DNA from: Rikenellaceae bacterium
Lineage (GTDB): Bacteria > Bacteroidota > Bacteroidia > Bacteroidales > Rikenellaceae
DNA: 64,000 nucleotides
Assembly (NCBI GenBank): GCA_031550125.1
Contig: JAVBOW010000018.1
Span: 25,572 to 89,571, forward strand
Direction of reading: 5' to 3'
Shown: positions 20,465-30,928 of the stretch, piece after piece
Position numbering within the stretch: position 1 is the stretch's first letter
Layout: the number at the start of each line of letters is the position of its first letter
Notes under the pieces: model-generated
What the model was told of the DNA's origin: nothing
The model's input: only the letters and a program-made list of their open reading frames with translations
Databases searched by the model: none
Program-made: the position numbers and the translations under genes

Positions 20465-21216
20465 ATGTTATCACTCAATTTTACGTATATCTCTTGCATG
20501 GCCGGATCGTCCGACAGCATTTCCGCATGCCGCCGCACGGTGGCAACGTCTCCCCTCGACGCGGGTCCCGTCTGCACGTCGCGCGGCGAGCGGGCGGCGC
20601 ATGCTTTGGCGGCGGTTTCGACTATCAGCGGCCCGAGCATATCGAACGGCAGCCCGGCCCTGCTGGCAAGCGTTTCGGCCGCCGCATACATGTGGTTGAC
20701 GAAGTTGCAGGCGAAGACGGCCGCGAGATGTATCTGCACCCGCTGCGCCGAGCCCATACGCGCCACTCTGCCCGACAGAGCGCTGGCTACGCGCTCGGCG
20801 CATTCCAACGCATATGGCGTGCATCCCTCCACAAGCAGCGGCACGACGGACAGGTCGGCGCGTCGCCCTTTGCTGAACGTCTGCAGCGGATAAAGCACGC
20901 CCCGGTGCGCTATCTTTTCCGAAAGCGCGTCGGCGGGGACGCTTCCCGCGGTGTGCAGCACGACGCCGTGTCCGAAATCCAATTGTGCCGACACCGGGCC
21001 TATGGCCGCGTCGCTCACGGCGACGATATATACGTCCGCCGTCTCCAATCCTTCCGGCGACGAGGCAAAGTCGCAACCGCACGCCTGCGCCAGCCGTCCT
21101 CCCCCGGCTTTGTCGCGGGCATAGATCTGCACGAGTTCCAGCGCGTCGTTCAGCGCCGCGGCCTCGGCAAGCGCCCATGCCACATTGCCGCTCCCTATGA
21201 TAGCAAGGCGGGTCAT
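20440..21216 (-). CDS. Rossmann-fold NAD(P)-binding protein with DUF2520-like C-terminal domain
   Basis: N-terminal IIGSGNVAW dinucleotide fold. C-terminal QTGPASRGD block typical of DUF2520 proteins. Confidence 0.65.
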   Translation of the reverse strand: MTRLAIIGSGNVAWALAEAAALNDALELVQIYARDKAGGGRLAQACGCDFASSPEGLETADVYIVAVSDAAIGPVSAQLDFGHGVVLHTAGSVPADALSEKIAHRGVLYPLQTFSKGRRADLSVVPLLVEGCTPYALECAERVASALSGRVARMGSAQRVQIHLAAVFACNFVNHMYAAAETLASRAGLPFDMLGPLIVETAAKACAARSPRDVQTGPASRGDVATVRRHAEMLSDDPAMQEIYVKLSDNIWEPSKKI

Positions 21217-22517
21217 TTGATCTCCATCAACAGTATGTTGTCGGGCGAAGAATGGCTCTCGCTCCGCGCCTTGTCGAGCATTTGGCTTATACGGCGCAAC
21301 TGATGGTTTGACGAGAAGTCGAAATCGGACTCCCCGCGCAGCTCCACGCTGTCCGTGACGTCGCGTATAGTTATCTTATGTATGTCGCGTGCGGGAATGT
21401 ACAGGTTAACCCTCTCGTCCTGCGTGTTTTGTACGGCCGACAGCAGTCCTGCGCTCTCAAGGTCGAAAACCACGTCGCGTACTATCCTCAGCGGCATATT
21501 GAGTTCAGAGGCTATGATCTCGGTGGTTACGGCTCCGCGCCCCTCCACGAAATGACGTATGGCCACGAGCATCGACGCCACCATGACTTTGCGGCGGTGG
21601 TCGTAGCTCATCTTCATCGATTCGCGCTCCTGCTCGTATTTGGATATGTTCTGGTAGGCGAACGAAAGTTCGGCCCCGAAAAGCAGTATCTGCCAGCTGC
21701 TCTGAACCCAGATAAGGAAGAGCGGCAGGGCGGCGAAACTACCGTATATGGCGTTGTATGAGGTCATCCACGTCTGCGCGTAGACGTATCCGACCTGAAA
21801 AAGCTGGAATACGGTCCCGGCGATTATGCCGGCCTGTATGCCGCTGCGGAGTTTAACCCGCGTGTTAGGCATCACGCAGTAGATGAACGTGAACATTATC
21901 CAGATCACCACCACCGACACCAGCCCGTAAAGCAGCTCCACTATCACCGACGAGGAGTAATTGGATATCTGGGTCTTTATATATATGGCCAGCGAGTTTG
22001 ATATGATGAACAGGATAGGGGCCACGAACACCACGGCAAGGTAGTCGCTGAATTTGCGCGCCAGCGAGCGCGATTTGCGTACCTCCCAAATATTGTTGAA
22101 TGCGTCCTCGACATTGCCGAACACCCTCATTACGGCCCACACCAGCGTGACGAAGCCCACAGAGGCGATTATACCCCCTTTGGTCCGCAGCAGCAGGTTG
22201 TTGGCAAAGGCAAGCACGTTGTCTATTATTTCGCGGTATTCGGGAAATTTGGCGTAGAGGTAATCTTGGAACGACGTGTCCACGCCGAAACCCTTTACCA
22301 CGCCGAATATCATGGCCGCCAACGGCACGATGGACATGAGGGTGTAGAAAGTGAGGGCCGCGGAGGTTAGCACCATGTTATGCTCGCCGAATCCTTTGAC
22401 CATATATATTATGATCTTTATCTGGCGGACGCCCCAACGCACCCGGCCGGAGCGGTATTCTTCCTCCTTTTTATTCCATATGCCGTTGGTTATGAATTCT
22501 ATCGCTTTTTTCACCAT
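21213..22517 (-). CDS. YihY/BrkB-family membrane protein with C-terminal winged-helix-like extension
   Basis: The track start at 22541 is a TTG; the ATG at 22517 gives MVKKAIEFITNGIW. Six hydrophobic helices, then about 130 soluble residues (VAIRHFVEGRGAVTTEIIASELNMPLRIVRDVVFDLESAGLL). ATGA overlap with the next gene. Confidence 0.75.
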   Translation of the reverse strand: MVKKAIEFITNGIWNKKEEEYRSGRVRWGVRQIKIIIYMVKGFGEHNMVLTSAALTFYTLMSIVPLAAMIFGVVKGFGVDTSFQDYLYAKFPEYREIIDNVLAFANNLLLRTKGGIIASVGFVTLVWAVMRVFGNVEDAFNNIWEVRKSRSLARKFSDYLAVVFVAPILFIISNSLAIYIKTQISNYSSSVIVELLYGLVSVVVIWIMFTFIYCVMPNTRVKLRSGIQAGIIAGTVFQLFQVGYVYAQTWMTSYNAIYGSFAALPLFLIWVQSSWQILLFGAELSFAYQNISKYEQERESMKMSYDHRRKVMVASMLVAIRHFVEGRGAVTTEIIASELNMPLRIVRDVVFDLESAGLLSAVQNTQDERVNLYIPARDIHKITIRDVTDSVELRGESDFDFSSNHQLRRISQMLDKARSESHSSPDNILLMEIK

Positions 22518-22547
22518 GATGAGCGTGTTTATATTTCGCAAAGATAA

Positions 22548-23753
22548 TCATTCGCTGGTTTCGCGCAAAAACATTGCAATTTGCCTGCCGCCGGCGATCG
22601 TAAAGGCAATTATCGCCTCCGCGCCCTCTTTCACTCCCAGCCGGCGGGCTATCTCGGCGTTCTGTATGGGGAATCCAAGCTGCATTATCTGCACGCGTTT
22701 TATTCCGTCGGCGTTAAGTTTGGCTGCCAGACGCCTGGCGTTGTACGGCTCCAGGGAGAGTATTTCGAAACAACGGCACAGCCTGCTCTCTATTGGTTTG
22801 TCGCAATAGATATAACCGTTGTCCGATTCGCACCACGCGCCATTGGCGGCGGCGAAACGGCGAGCGAGGCGCATTTTCCTGAGCGATGCGTCGGGCATGG
22901 CCAGATAGCGGAAATGCGTAGGGAAAGGCTCCGGCGCACAATCGTTTCCCTCTGCCAACCACGCCTCGAACGTCTCGCCGCCCGCCGCTGAAGCCCTTAA
23001 AACGGGGTGGGGAATGTGCGGCCCGGTCTCTACGAGCAACTCTTTGCATTCGCCCCTGAGCGACACGGCCTCGGCGATGACTCCCGGCCCGAATATCCTT
23101 ACGGCCTGGACGGCGTCGAATAGCGGCGAGAGTTTTATCACCAGCCTGTCCGTTATCGCGGCAAGCCTGCCGCGCAGGGCAAGTATGTCGGGCGAGCAAT
23201 CTTCCAGCAGCACGAGTTTGCGGTTGTTCCCGCCGCGGCGGTCGGGATCGGCGTAAACCATGTCGGCCTTCACCCCGGGACGGGCCAGGAACTCCTCCGC
23301 CGGCATATTCACCACGTCTATGTTCATTATGCCCATACGTGCGAAATTGTACCGCGCCACGTCGGCAAGCACGGGGTTGCGCTCCAGTGCCGTGACGTGC
23401 CTGAATCGGGATGCGAAATTGGCCGAATCTACGCCCAAACCACATGTCAGGTCGATGCATTCGTCGCCTTCATAGCGTTTATGGGCGGCACATTCCATGC
23501 TTCCGGCCTGCTCGAAGGACAGAGGAGGGATTATGCAGCGGGCTTCGAAATAATGCGGCAGTTTGGTGCGCGCGCGCTGCAGGTATTTGATCTGCGTGGC
23601 GACTATGCCCGCCGCTCCCGCGACGCCGGAAGAGGCCAGGCGCGCGGCCACCTGTTTGCTGGCCGCAACCGACGCCGGGTCGGCATTTATATATTCCTCG
23701 ACGATCTGCCCGGCAACCTCGCCGCACAGCAGCCCTAATTGTTCTGAAGTCAT
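22548..23753 (-). CDS. Class I SAM-dependent methyltransferase (THUMP-like C-terminal region)
   Basis: The ATG at 23753 overlaps the comEC-like stop (ATGA). SAM motif I CIDLTCGLGVDS. The upstream part of the track ORF was trimmed. Confidence 0.65.
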   Translation of the reverse strand: MTSEQLGLLCGEVAGQIVEEYINADPASVAASKQVAARLASSGVAGAAGIVATQIKYLQRARTKLPHYFEARCIIPPLSFEQAGSMECAAHKRYEGDECIDLTCGLGVDSANFASRFRHVTALERNPVLADVARYNFARMGIMNIDVVNMPAEEFLARPGVKADMVYADPDRRGGNNRKLVLLEDCSPDILALRGRLAAITDRLVIKLSPLFDAVQAVRIFGPGVIAEAVSLRGECKELLVETGPHIPHPVLRASAAGGETFEAWLAEGNDCAPEPFPTHFRYLAMPDASLRKMRLARRFAAANGAWCESDNGYIYCDKPIESRLCRCFEILSLEPYNARRLAAKLNADGIKRVQIMQLGFPIQNAEIARRLGVKEGAEAIIAFTIAGGRQIAMFLRETSE

Positions 23754-25255
23754 TGTGTCTCTACGGCGAAGGACGTTTTGCCTTTCTTTAGGTTCAATGC
23801 TATAAATATTGCAAAATAAGCGATATAAATACAGATAACTCCAGCGGAACTTAAATTTAATTTCAAAGAACTCCATGCCAGTCCGGCGCTCCACTCTATA
23901 AGCGCGTTCTGTACCCGCGCCGCACCTTGTATCAGCCATCCCATGACCGGTTCCAACAGGTCCGCGGGAAATACGATCCATACCATCGACAGGAACACCA
24001 CCGCATGGGCCGTAAGTATCACCACGGGGTTTATCGCTATTCCCGCCACGGGGAAATTGCCGAAATAATGCGCCGCCAGCGGAGCCGTACCCGCCGTCGC
24101 AGCCACGCTCACCGCCGTTATTCCGGCCAGTGCGTTGACCAACCCGTAGCGCGTCCTCATTAAACCATACAACGGCTTGTAAAACAGGGAAATGAAAAGA
24201 ACGGCCGCCATAGACAGTTGAAAACTTACGTCATAGAGGTTGCCCGGCCATACGAGAAGCATCACCACGGCCGTAGCTGCAAGGATGTTGAGCGTGTCGC
24301 GGTGCAGGGTGGCGGCCAGCGACAACTGCACTCCCGTAAACATAAGGGCCGCCCTGAAAGCAGAGGGCGAAAGCCCCGTTACGGCGGCATAAACCCATAT
24401 CGCCGCTATGGCGGCCAGGTTTTTGGCTATATGTCCGCCTCCGGCCAGTGGAAGGAAGTATAACAGTATGTTTATAAGTACAAAGACTATTCCCACATGG
24501 AGTCCTGAGACGGCCAGCAGATGAGATGCGCCCACCCGGCTGTAGCTTTGTTTAAGCGATGCGGAGAGCGCCCGTTTTTCTCCTAAGGCCATAGCCGCGG
24601 CCACCGCCGCTTCGTCGGCGGATATATTCAATCCGGCGAGCCGCTTCGTTGCCGCAGCCTGCATGCGCCTTGCCGATGCGCGCAATCCTCCGCCCTTCTC
24701 GGGCGAGAGGGCTACGATGTTTCCTTGCGTGATGTAACTTTTTCCGCTGTAGCCTCTTGTATGCATTAACCTCGCGTAACCGTTCATGCCTGTAGCGTTG
24801 ACGTAAGCGGCGCAAACAAGGCGACTGCCAACAGGCAGGTCGTAGAGCGGACAGACGTTAAGCAGAATTTTCTGGTTGGCTTTACGCCATTGGCCGCCGT
24901 CATACGGGCGAAAGTATCCTGTTTCGGCCGTAGTTGCCATCCAACGCCCTTGCGGCGCAGGGTTGCCGGTTATTTCCAATTGTAAAAGCAATTTTTCGCC
25001 ATATGGCATCAATGCTTTGGGCTGATGCGTTTTAGTTATGGCGGCCGCAGTCAGCGCAAGCGACATGAAGATGTAAAACCATCCGACGCGGCCATGTTTC
25101 ACGGTGAAAAACGCACATGCGAAACTTACGGACAGGGCGCTCCACAAAACCCATGCGGGAATATCGAAAACGGACGCCGCAAGGATGCCGGCGATAACCG
25201 GCACCAATATCCTTATGAAAGGCATTATGGTGATTTTTAGCGCCAATCCGGTCAT
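23750..25255 (-). CDS. comEC: ComEC/Rec2-family integral membrane protein (short form)
   Basis: 501 aa, polytopic. Competence-domain block SHLLAVSGLHVGIVF. No HxHxDH metallo-beta-lactamase motif seen. Confidence 0.7.
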   Translation of the reverse strand: MTGLALKITIMPFIRILVPVIAGILAASVFDIPAWVLWSALSVSFACAFFTVKHGRVGWFYIFMSLALTAAAITKTHQPKALMPYGEKLLLQLEITGNPAPQGRWMATTAETGYFRPYDGGQWRKANQKILLNVCPLYDLPVGSRLVCAAYVNATGMNGYARLMHTRGYSGKSYITQGNIVALSPEKGGGLRASARRMQAAATKRLAGLNISADEAAVAAAMALGEKRALSASLKQSYSRVGASHLLAVSGLHVGIVFVLINILLYFLPLAGGGHIAKNLAAIAAIWVYAAVTGLSPSAFRAALMFTGVQLSLAATLHRDTLNILAATAVVMLLVWPGNLYDVSFQLSMAAVLFISLFYKPLYGLMRTRYGLVNALAGITAVSVAATAGTAPLAAHYFGNFPVAGIAINPVVILTAHAVVFLSMVWIVFPADLLEPVMGWLIQGAARVQNALIEWSAGLAWSSLKLNLSSAGVICIYIAYFAIFIALNLKKGKTSFAVETQ

Positions 25256-26169
25256 TATCTCAATGGATGATGCTCTTCCATGCTTTTTTTCAGGTGCGAG
25301 CGGTCGAGGTGGGTGTAGATCTCGGTTGTCAATATCGACGAGTGTCCCAGCATCTCCTGTATCTGTCGTATATTGGCCCCCCCCTCCAACAGGTGGGTGG
25401 CGAAAGAGTGGCGGAAGGTGTGCGGGCTGACGTTTTTAGTGACGCCGGCTTCGGCCACCGCCTGTTTCATTACGTTGAACACCATTACGCGGCTCATCGC
25501 GCCGCCACGCCTGTTAAGGAAAAGCACCTCGCGCGATGATGTCGATGGTTCCGACAATGCCCTCTGTCCCAGGTATAATTCCACGCACTTTCTTACTTCG
25601 CTGCTGAAAGGCACGAGGCGCTGTTTGTCGCCCTTGCCGGTGACGCGTATATAACCGTCATCGAAAAACAGGTCGGACAGGCGCAGCGACACTACCTCGG
25701 ACACCCTCAGTCCGCAGCTGTACATCATTTCGAGCATGGCCCGGTTGCGGTGGCCCTGCGGATGGCTCAGGTCTACAGCGGAAAGGATGGCGTCTATCTC
25801 CTGCACGGAAAGCGTATCGGGCAGTTTGCGTCCGATCTTTGGCGCGTCGAGAAGCTCCGTAGGGGCGGACTCCAGTTTTCCGGTGTAGAGCAGGTAGTTG
25901 TAAAAACTCTTCAGTCCGCTGAGTATGCGCGCCTGCGAACTTTTCTTTGTCTTGCGGTCGAACAGCCACGCCATGAAAGCCTCTATGTGGAACGGCTCGG
26001 CCACAGGCGGATACACGCCCGCCTCGGCGGATATGTATTTGGCGAACAGCTCTATGTCTAATTTGTAGGAGTACACCGAATTGGCCGACAAACCTCTTTC
26101 GAACGTGAGGTATTGCAGGTATCCGGCCAGCGCCGCTTCCCACTCCTTCTTTTTTTGCTCTTCACCCAT
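25255..26169 (-). CDS. xerD: Tyrosine site-specific recombinase XerD
   Basis: 304 aa. C-terminal catalytic region PHTFRHSFATHLLEGGANIRQIQEMLGHSSILTTEIYTHL (R, HxxR, H, Y). Confidence 0.85.
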   Translation of the reverse strand: MGEEQKKKEWEAALAGYLQYLTFERGLSANSVYSYKLDIELFAKYISAEAGVYPPVAEPFHIEAFMAWLFDRKTKKSSQARILSGLKSFYNYLLYTGKLESAPTELLDAPKIGRKLPDTLSVQEIDAILSAVDLSHPQGHRNRAMLEMMYSCGLRVSEVVSLRLSDLFFDDGYIRVTGKGDKQRLVPFSSEVRKCVELYLGQRALSEPSTSSREVLFLNRRGGAMSRVMVFNVMKQAVAEAGVTKNVSPHTFRHSFATHLLEGGANIRQIQEMLGHSSILTTEIYTHLDRSHLKKSMEEHHPLR

Positions 26170-26211
26170 TAGTGGTTATCTTTGTCGCAAAATTAGAAAA
26201 AATTCCACCTT

Positions 26212-27042
26212 ATGGATTACGTCGAATTGACAATTCCCGCAGCCGACTCGCTGCAGGCCGAAATTTTTACCGCAGCGCTTGCCGATTTCCCTTTCGAGAG
26301 CTTTATGGAGGAGGCCGGAGCGCTGAAGGCCTACATACCCGCGGAGGGTCTTGCCGGGTGTAAGGACGAGGTGGACGCCGTGCTGCGCGAGGCCGGGGTT
26401 GACGGCCACAGATACATCTTCATTGAGGCCGTCAACTGGAACGCCGTATGGGAATCGAATTTCGAACCCGTGGACGTGGCCGGGCTTTGCCGTATACGCG
26501 CCCCTTTCCATGACCCCGCGCCCGAAGGCGTGATGGATGTGGTGATAATGCCCAAAATGTCTTTCGGTACCGGCCATCATTCCACCACCTATCTCATGAG
26601 CCAGGCCGTCATGGAGTACGACGTCGCCGGAAAGCGGGGCCTCGATATGGGTTCAGGGACGGGCGTGCTGGCCATCATCGCGGCCATGAGGGGCGCGGCC
26701 TTTATGGATGCCGTGGATATAGACGAATGGGCCTTCGGCAACTCCCGCGAAAATATAGCCGCCAATGGAGTAGAGGGATGCGTAGAGTCCATTAAGGGCG
26801 ACGCGTGCGCCATATCGGGCCGTACATACGACTTCATCCTGGCCAACATCAACCTGAATATATTGCTCAAGGACATGCCCCGGTACGCCGCGGTCCTGCG
26901 CTCCGGCGGCGGGATATTCTTCAGCGGCATATTGCACTCCGACGTCCCCGCCCTGGAAAAATGCGCCGGGGATAACGGATTGGAGATTGCCGGTTGCTCC
27001 CTGCGCGAAGGGTGGGCTTGCGTGTCCGCAAAGAAAATTTAG
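26212..27042 (+). CDS. prmA: Ribosomal protein L11 methyltransferase
   Basis: 276 aa. Contains FGTGHHSTT and SAM motif LDMGSGTGVLAI. Confidence 0.9.
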   Translation: MDYVELTIPAADSLQAEIFTAALADFPFESFMEEAGALKAYIPAEGLAGCKDEVDAVLREAGVDGHRYIFIEAVNWNAVWESNFEPVDVAGLCRIRAPFHDPAPEGVMDVVIMPKMSFGTGHHSTTYLMSQAVMEYDVAGKRGLDMGSGTGVLAIIAAMRGAAFMDAVDIDEWAFGNSRENIAANGVEGCVESIKGDACAISGRTYDFILANINLNILLKDMPRYAAVLRSGGGIFFSGILHSDVPALEKCAGDNGLEIAGCSLREGWACVSAKKI

Positions 27043-27124
27043 GGCCGGTCTAATTTTTCTTATCGGATCGCAGGGAAAATTTTCTATCCTCGGCCTAAAG
27101 AGTTACTTTTGCGCATCCACAGAG

Positions 27125-27793
27125 ATGAGATCCGGAATATACATATGTTTGATCGCCGCCATACTGCTCACGGGCTGTAAAGGCGACCCGTCTTCGGGCG
27201 AAGTGTGGGGGATAGATATCTCCAAACACCAGCGTAACGTCAACTGGGGTAGGGTGTTTTCCGAAAATCCGCCCCATTTCGTCTTCCTTAAGGCCACCGA
27301 GGGGACGCTCATAGTCGACCCGTCCTACGCGCGCCACGCGCGCCAGCTCGACAGTATGGGTGCGTTGTGGGGTGCCTACCACTTTTTCGGCCACAGGACG
27401 GACGGGCGTGAGCAGGCGCGAAACTTTATCCGCACTGCGAAACTCAGACGCGGAAACCTGATCCCCGTCCTCGACATAGAGCCGCACCGCTTTATGACCG
27501 ACTCCAAAAAGTCGGTCGTGCAGGCCAAGAGGTTTTGCGACGAGGTGCGCCGCTATTACGGAGTGGATCCGATAATATACTGTTCCACCAACTTCTACGA
27601 GCGCTATCTCAGGGAGGATTTTCCCGCTTCGAGATACGTGCTGTGGATAGCCGATTACCGCTCCTGCCCCCATCACCTCGACTGGTGTTTCTGGCAGCAC
27701 ACCGATTCGCACCGTGTGCGCGGGATCGGCGGCAGTGTCGACCGCAACGTCTTTACCCTTAGCCCTGAGCATTTAAAAAGGTTAACTTTATGA
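27125..27793 (+). CDS. Glycoside hydrolase family 25 muramidase, lipoprotein
   Basis: The ATG at 27125 gives MRSGIYICLIAAILLTGC (lipobox). Contains GIDISKHQ, FVFLKATEG and VLDIE blocks typical of GH25. Confidence 0.75.
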   Translation: MRSGIYICLIAAILLTGCKGDPSSGEVWGIDISKHQRNVNWGRVFSENPPHFVFLKATEGTLIVDPSYARHARQLDSMGALWGAYHFFGHRTDGREQARNFIRTAKLRRGNLIPVLDIEPHRFMTDSKKSVVQAKRFCDEVRRYYGVDPIIYCSTNFYERYLREDFPASRYVLWIADYRSCPHHLDWCFWQHTDSHRVRGIGGSVDRNVFTLSPEHLKRLTL

Positions 27794-29361
27794 ATATAGA
27801 GGCCGATTTTCTCGTCATAGGCAGCGGTATCGCGGGGCTGAGCTACGCCCTCAGGGTGGCGGAGCATGGCCGGGTGCTGGTGGTGACCAAGGCGGAGATA
27901 AGCGACAGCAACACCAATTACGCCCAGGGAGGCATATGCTGCGTCACTTACGAGCCTGATTCATTCGAAAAGCACATACGCGACACCATAGTGTGCGGTT
28001 CGGGTATAAGCGACCGCCGCGCCGTCGAACAGGTGGTCAAAGGTGCGCCCGAGGCTATAAAAGACCTCATCCGCATGGGCGCAAAGTTCGACCGCAGCGC
28101 CGACGGCAAATATGAGCTGGCCCGCGAAGGAGGCCACACGGAAAACCGCATACTGCACCATAAAGACCTCACGGGAGCGGAACTCGAGCGTACGCTCGTA
28201 CGCCAGGTAAAAAAGCACCCGAACATAGAGGTGCTGGAACACCATTTCGCCATCGACCTTATAACTCAGCACCACCTGGGCCAGATACTGCGCAAAAACA
28301 CTCCCGACATAACCTGCTACGGCGCGTATGTTTTGAACCTCAAGACACAGCGCGTAGCCACCATCCTCTCCAGGATAACCGTGCTGGCTACGGGCGGGGT
28401 GGGTAATATCTATCACACCACCACCAATCCGGCCGTGGCCACGGGCGACGGCATAGCCATGGTACACCGTGCCAAAGGCCGCATAGAGAATATGGCTTTC
28501 ATCCAATTCCACCCGACCTCGCTCTACCAGCCCGGCGAGCGCCCCGCCTTTCTCATCAGCGAGGCCATGCGCGGTTACGGCGCGATCCTGCGTTTGCAGA
28601 ACGGCGAGGAATTCATGCATAAATACCATCCTATGGGGTCGCTGGCCCCGCGCGACGTGGTGGCTCGCGGTATCGACAACGAGATGAAGATACGTGGCGA
28701 AGATTACGTCTATCTGGATATCACGCACAAAGATCCCCGCGAAGTCATAGACCACTTCCCGAATATTTACAAAAAATGCCTGTCGGAAGATATAGACATA
28801 ACCAAGGATATGATCCCCGTGGCCCCAGCAGCGCATTACTGTTGCGGCGGAGTCAAGGTGGACCTTGACGGGCAGACATCGATACGCCGCCTTTACGCCC
28901 TCGGAGAAACTTCTTCCACGGGGCTTCATGGGGCCAACCGTCTGGCTTCCAATTCACTTATAGAGGCCGCCGTTTACGCCGCGGCTGCGGCCCGCCATTC
29001 GGTTCCCGCATCGGCGGACGCGGAACTCAGGCGAGATATCCCTGCATGGGATTACGAAGGCACCTCCATCCCGGAGGAAATGATACTCATAACGCAGAAT
29101 TATCGCGAGATGCAGCAGATAATGTCGGCCTATGTGGGGATAGTGCGCTCCAATCTTCGCCTGGAAAGGGCCAATAAGCGGTTGGAGATCATTTTCCGCG
29201 AAACGGAGGAGCTGTATCTCAAATCCACCCTTTCGCGCAACCTTTGCGAATTACGTAACATGATAGCCGTAGGCTACCTTATAATAAAAGACGCCCGTCG
29301 CCGTACCGAGAGCATAGGGCTTCACTACTCACTCGACTACCCGCAAATCAATGGAGCTTAA
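27790..29361 (+). CDS. nadB: L-aspartate oxidase
   Basis: 523 aa. FAD fold [19 protein letters not shown] and [10 protein letters not shown] motifs. ATGA overlap with the GH25 gene. Confidence 0.92.
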   Translation: MNIEADFLVIGSGIAGLSYALRVAEHGRVLVVTKAEISDSNTNYAQGGICCVTYEPDSFEKHIRDTIVCGSGISDRRAVEQVVKGAPEAIKDLIRMGAKFDRSADGKYELAREGGHTENRILHHKDLTGAELERTLVRQVKKHPNIEVLEHHFAIDLITQHHLGQILRKNTPDITCYGAYVLNLKTQRVATILSRITVLATGGVGNIYHTTTNPAVATGDGIAMVHRAKGRIENMAFIQFHPTSLYQPGERPAFLISEAMRGYGAILRLQNGEEFMHKYHPMGSLAPRDVVARGIDNEMKIRGEDYVYLDITHKDPREVIDHFPNIYKKCLSEDIDITKDMIPVAPAAHYCCGGVKVDLDGQTSIRRLYALGETSSTGLHGANRLASNSLIEAAVYAAAAARHSVPASADAELRRDIPAWDYEGTSIPEEMILITQNYREMQQIMSAYVGIVRSNLRLERANKRLEIIFRETEELYLKSTLSRNLCELRNMIAVGYLIIKDARRRTESIGLHYSLDYPQINGA

Positions 29362-30928
29362 ACAGGAAATCGCCCGACGTCGAACGTTTGCCGTAATAGC
29401 GCACCCCGACGCCGGTAAAACAACGCTTACGGAAAAACTGCTGCTGTTCGGCGGAGCCATACACGTGGCCGGAGCCGTCAAAAGTAATAAGATAAAGAAG
29501 GGCGCTACGTCCGACTTCATGGAGATCGAACGCCAGAGGGGTATTTCGGTGGCTACGTCGGTAATGGGATTCGAATATAAAGAGGCGAAGATAACCATCC
29601 TCGATACCCCCGGCCACGAGGATTTCGCAGAAGACACTTACCGCACCCTGACGGCCGTGGACAGCGTAATAATTGTGGTGGACGGCGCTAAAGGCGTGGA
29701 GTCGCAGACGCGCAAGCTGATGGAAGTGTGCCGCATGCGCAATACGCCCGTCATCGTGTTCATAAACAAGCTCGACCGTCCGTGCAAAGATCCTTTCGAT
29801 CTGCTGGACGAAGTGGAGCAGGAACTCAAAATAAAAGTACGCCCGCTGGCCTTTCCTATAAGCAGCGGCCCGTCGTTCGCAGGGGTTTACAACCTTTATG
29901 AGGAACATCTGTCGCTGTTCTCGGCCGAAAACAAACAGACGGCCGACGCCGAACGTATCGACATGTCGCTGGACGACAATCGTCTGGATGAATACCTGGG
30001 CAAGCAGGCCGCCGCGTTGCGCGCCGACGTGGAGCTTGTGGCGGGAGTCTACGAGCCTTTCGAAAGGGAGAGCTATCTGAAAGGCGAACTGGCCCCTGTG
30101 TTTTTCGGCAGCGCGGTAAATAATTTCGGGGTGCGCGAATTGCTCGATTGCTTTGTGGATGTGGCCCCGGCGCCTCGTCCGTCGGCAACCGAAACCCGCA
30201 CTGTGGAGCCGTCGGAGGAGAAGATGACCGGCTTCGTGTTCAAGATACACGCCAATATGGACCCCAACCACCGCGATCGTCTGGCCTTCCTGAAGATATG
30301 CTCGGGCGTATTCGAGCGCAATACAAACTATCTGCACGTACGCAGCGGCAAGCAGATGAAGTTTTCGTCGCCCAACGCATTTATGGCGGAAAAGAAGTCG
30401 ATAGTGGACTTCGCCTATCCGGGTGATATTGTGGGCCTGCACGATACGGGTAATTTCAAAATAGGCGACACGTTTACGGAAGGAGAGAAGTTGAAATTCA
30501 CCGGCATACCATCTTTTTCGCCCGAACAATTCCGTTACATAGAGAATGCCGATCCATTGAAATTCAAACAATTGTCGAAAGGAGTGGATCAGCTTATGGA
30601 CGAGGGCGTGGCTCAACTTTTCACCCTGAGGATGAACGGCCGCAAGATAATCGGCACCGTGGGAGCCTTGCAGTTCGAAGTGATACAATACCGCCTCGAA
30701 CACGAATATGGGGCCGCCTGCCGTTGGGAAGGGGCTAATATACACAAAGCATGCTGGATAGAGTCCGATAACGCGGAGCAACTCGACGATTTCCGCAAAC
30801 GTAAATACAACAATATGGCCACGGACAAGCACGGCAGGGAGGTGTTCCTTGCCGACACTTCGTACGCGCTGCAGTTGGCCATCGAGAAATTCCCCGATAT
30901 AAAGTTCCTTTTCACTTCGGAGTTCTAA
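29351..30928 (+). CDS. prfC: Peptide chain release factor 3 (GTPase)
   Basis: G1 [10 protein letters not shown]3 DTPGHEDF, G4 NKLDR. 525 aa. Overlaps the nadB stop by 11 nt. Confidence 0.95.
   Translation: MELKQEIARRRTFAVIAHPDAGKTTLTEKLLLFGGAIHVAGAVKSNKIKKGATSDFMEIERQRGISVATSVMGFEYKEAKITILDTPGHEDFAEDTYRTLTAVDSVIIVVDGAKGVESQTRKLMEVCRMRNTPVIVFINKLDRPCKDPFDLLDEVEQELKIKVRPLAFPISSGPSFAGVYNLYEEHLSLFSAENKQTADAERIDMSLDDNRLDEYLGKQAAALRADVELVAGVYEPFERESYLKGELAPVFFGSAVNNFGVRELLDCFVDVAPAPRPSATETRTVEPSEEKMTGFVFKIHANMDPNHRDRLAFLKICSGVFERNTNYLHVRSGKQMKFSSPNAFMAEKKSIVDFAYPGDIVGLHDTGNFKIGDTFTEGEKLKFTGIPSFSPEQFRYIENADPLKFKQLSKGVDQLMDEGVAQLFTLRMNGRKIIGTVGALQFEVIQYRLEHEYGAACRWEGANIHKACWIESDNAEQLDDFRKRKYNNMATDKHGREVFLADTSYALQLAIEKFPDIKFLFTSEF

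Noticed and set aside
25255-26169. The XerD-like tyrosine recombinase as the integrase of a mobile element.
   Set aside because: Its size and motifs fit the housekeeping chromosome-dimer resolvase. It is embedded in an overlapped chain of core genes. There are no flanking repeats, cargo genes or compositional shift.
27125-27793. The GH25 lysozyme as a prophage endolysin.
   Set aside because: There are no holin, capsid, tail or integrase genes nearby. The protein has a lipoprotein signal and is overlapped with nadB.
29348-30832. A 494-aa ORF antisense to prfC. Comparable long antisense ORFs occur at 44288-45772, 27961-28929, 42281-43339, 38129-39064, 20494-21303, 15791-16471, 31568-32461, 32678-33565 and 34069-34806.
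   Set aside because: Each lies exactly opposite a gene with strong family motifs. Their translations are Arg/His/Gly/Val-rich with no recognisable motifs. Stop-poor antisense frames are expected in GC-rich coding DNA.
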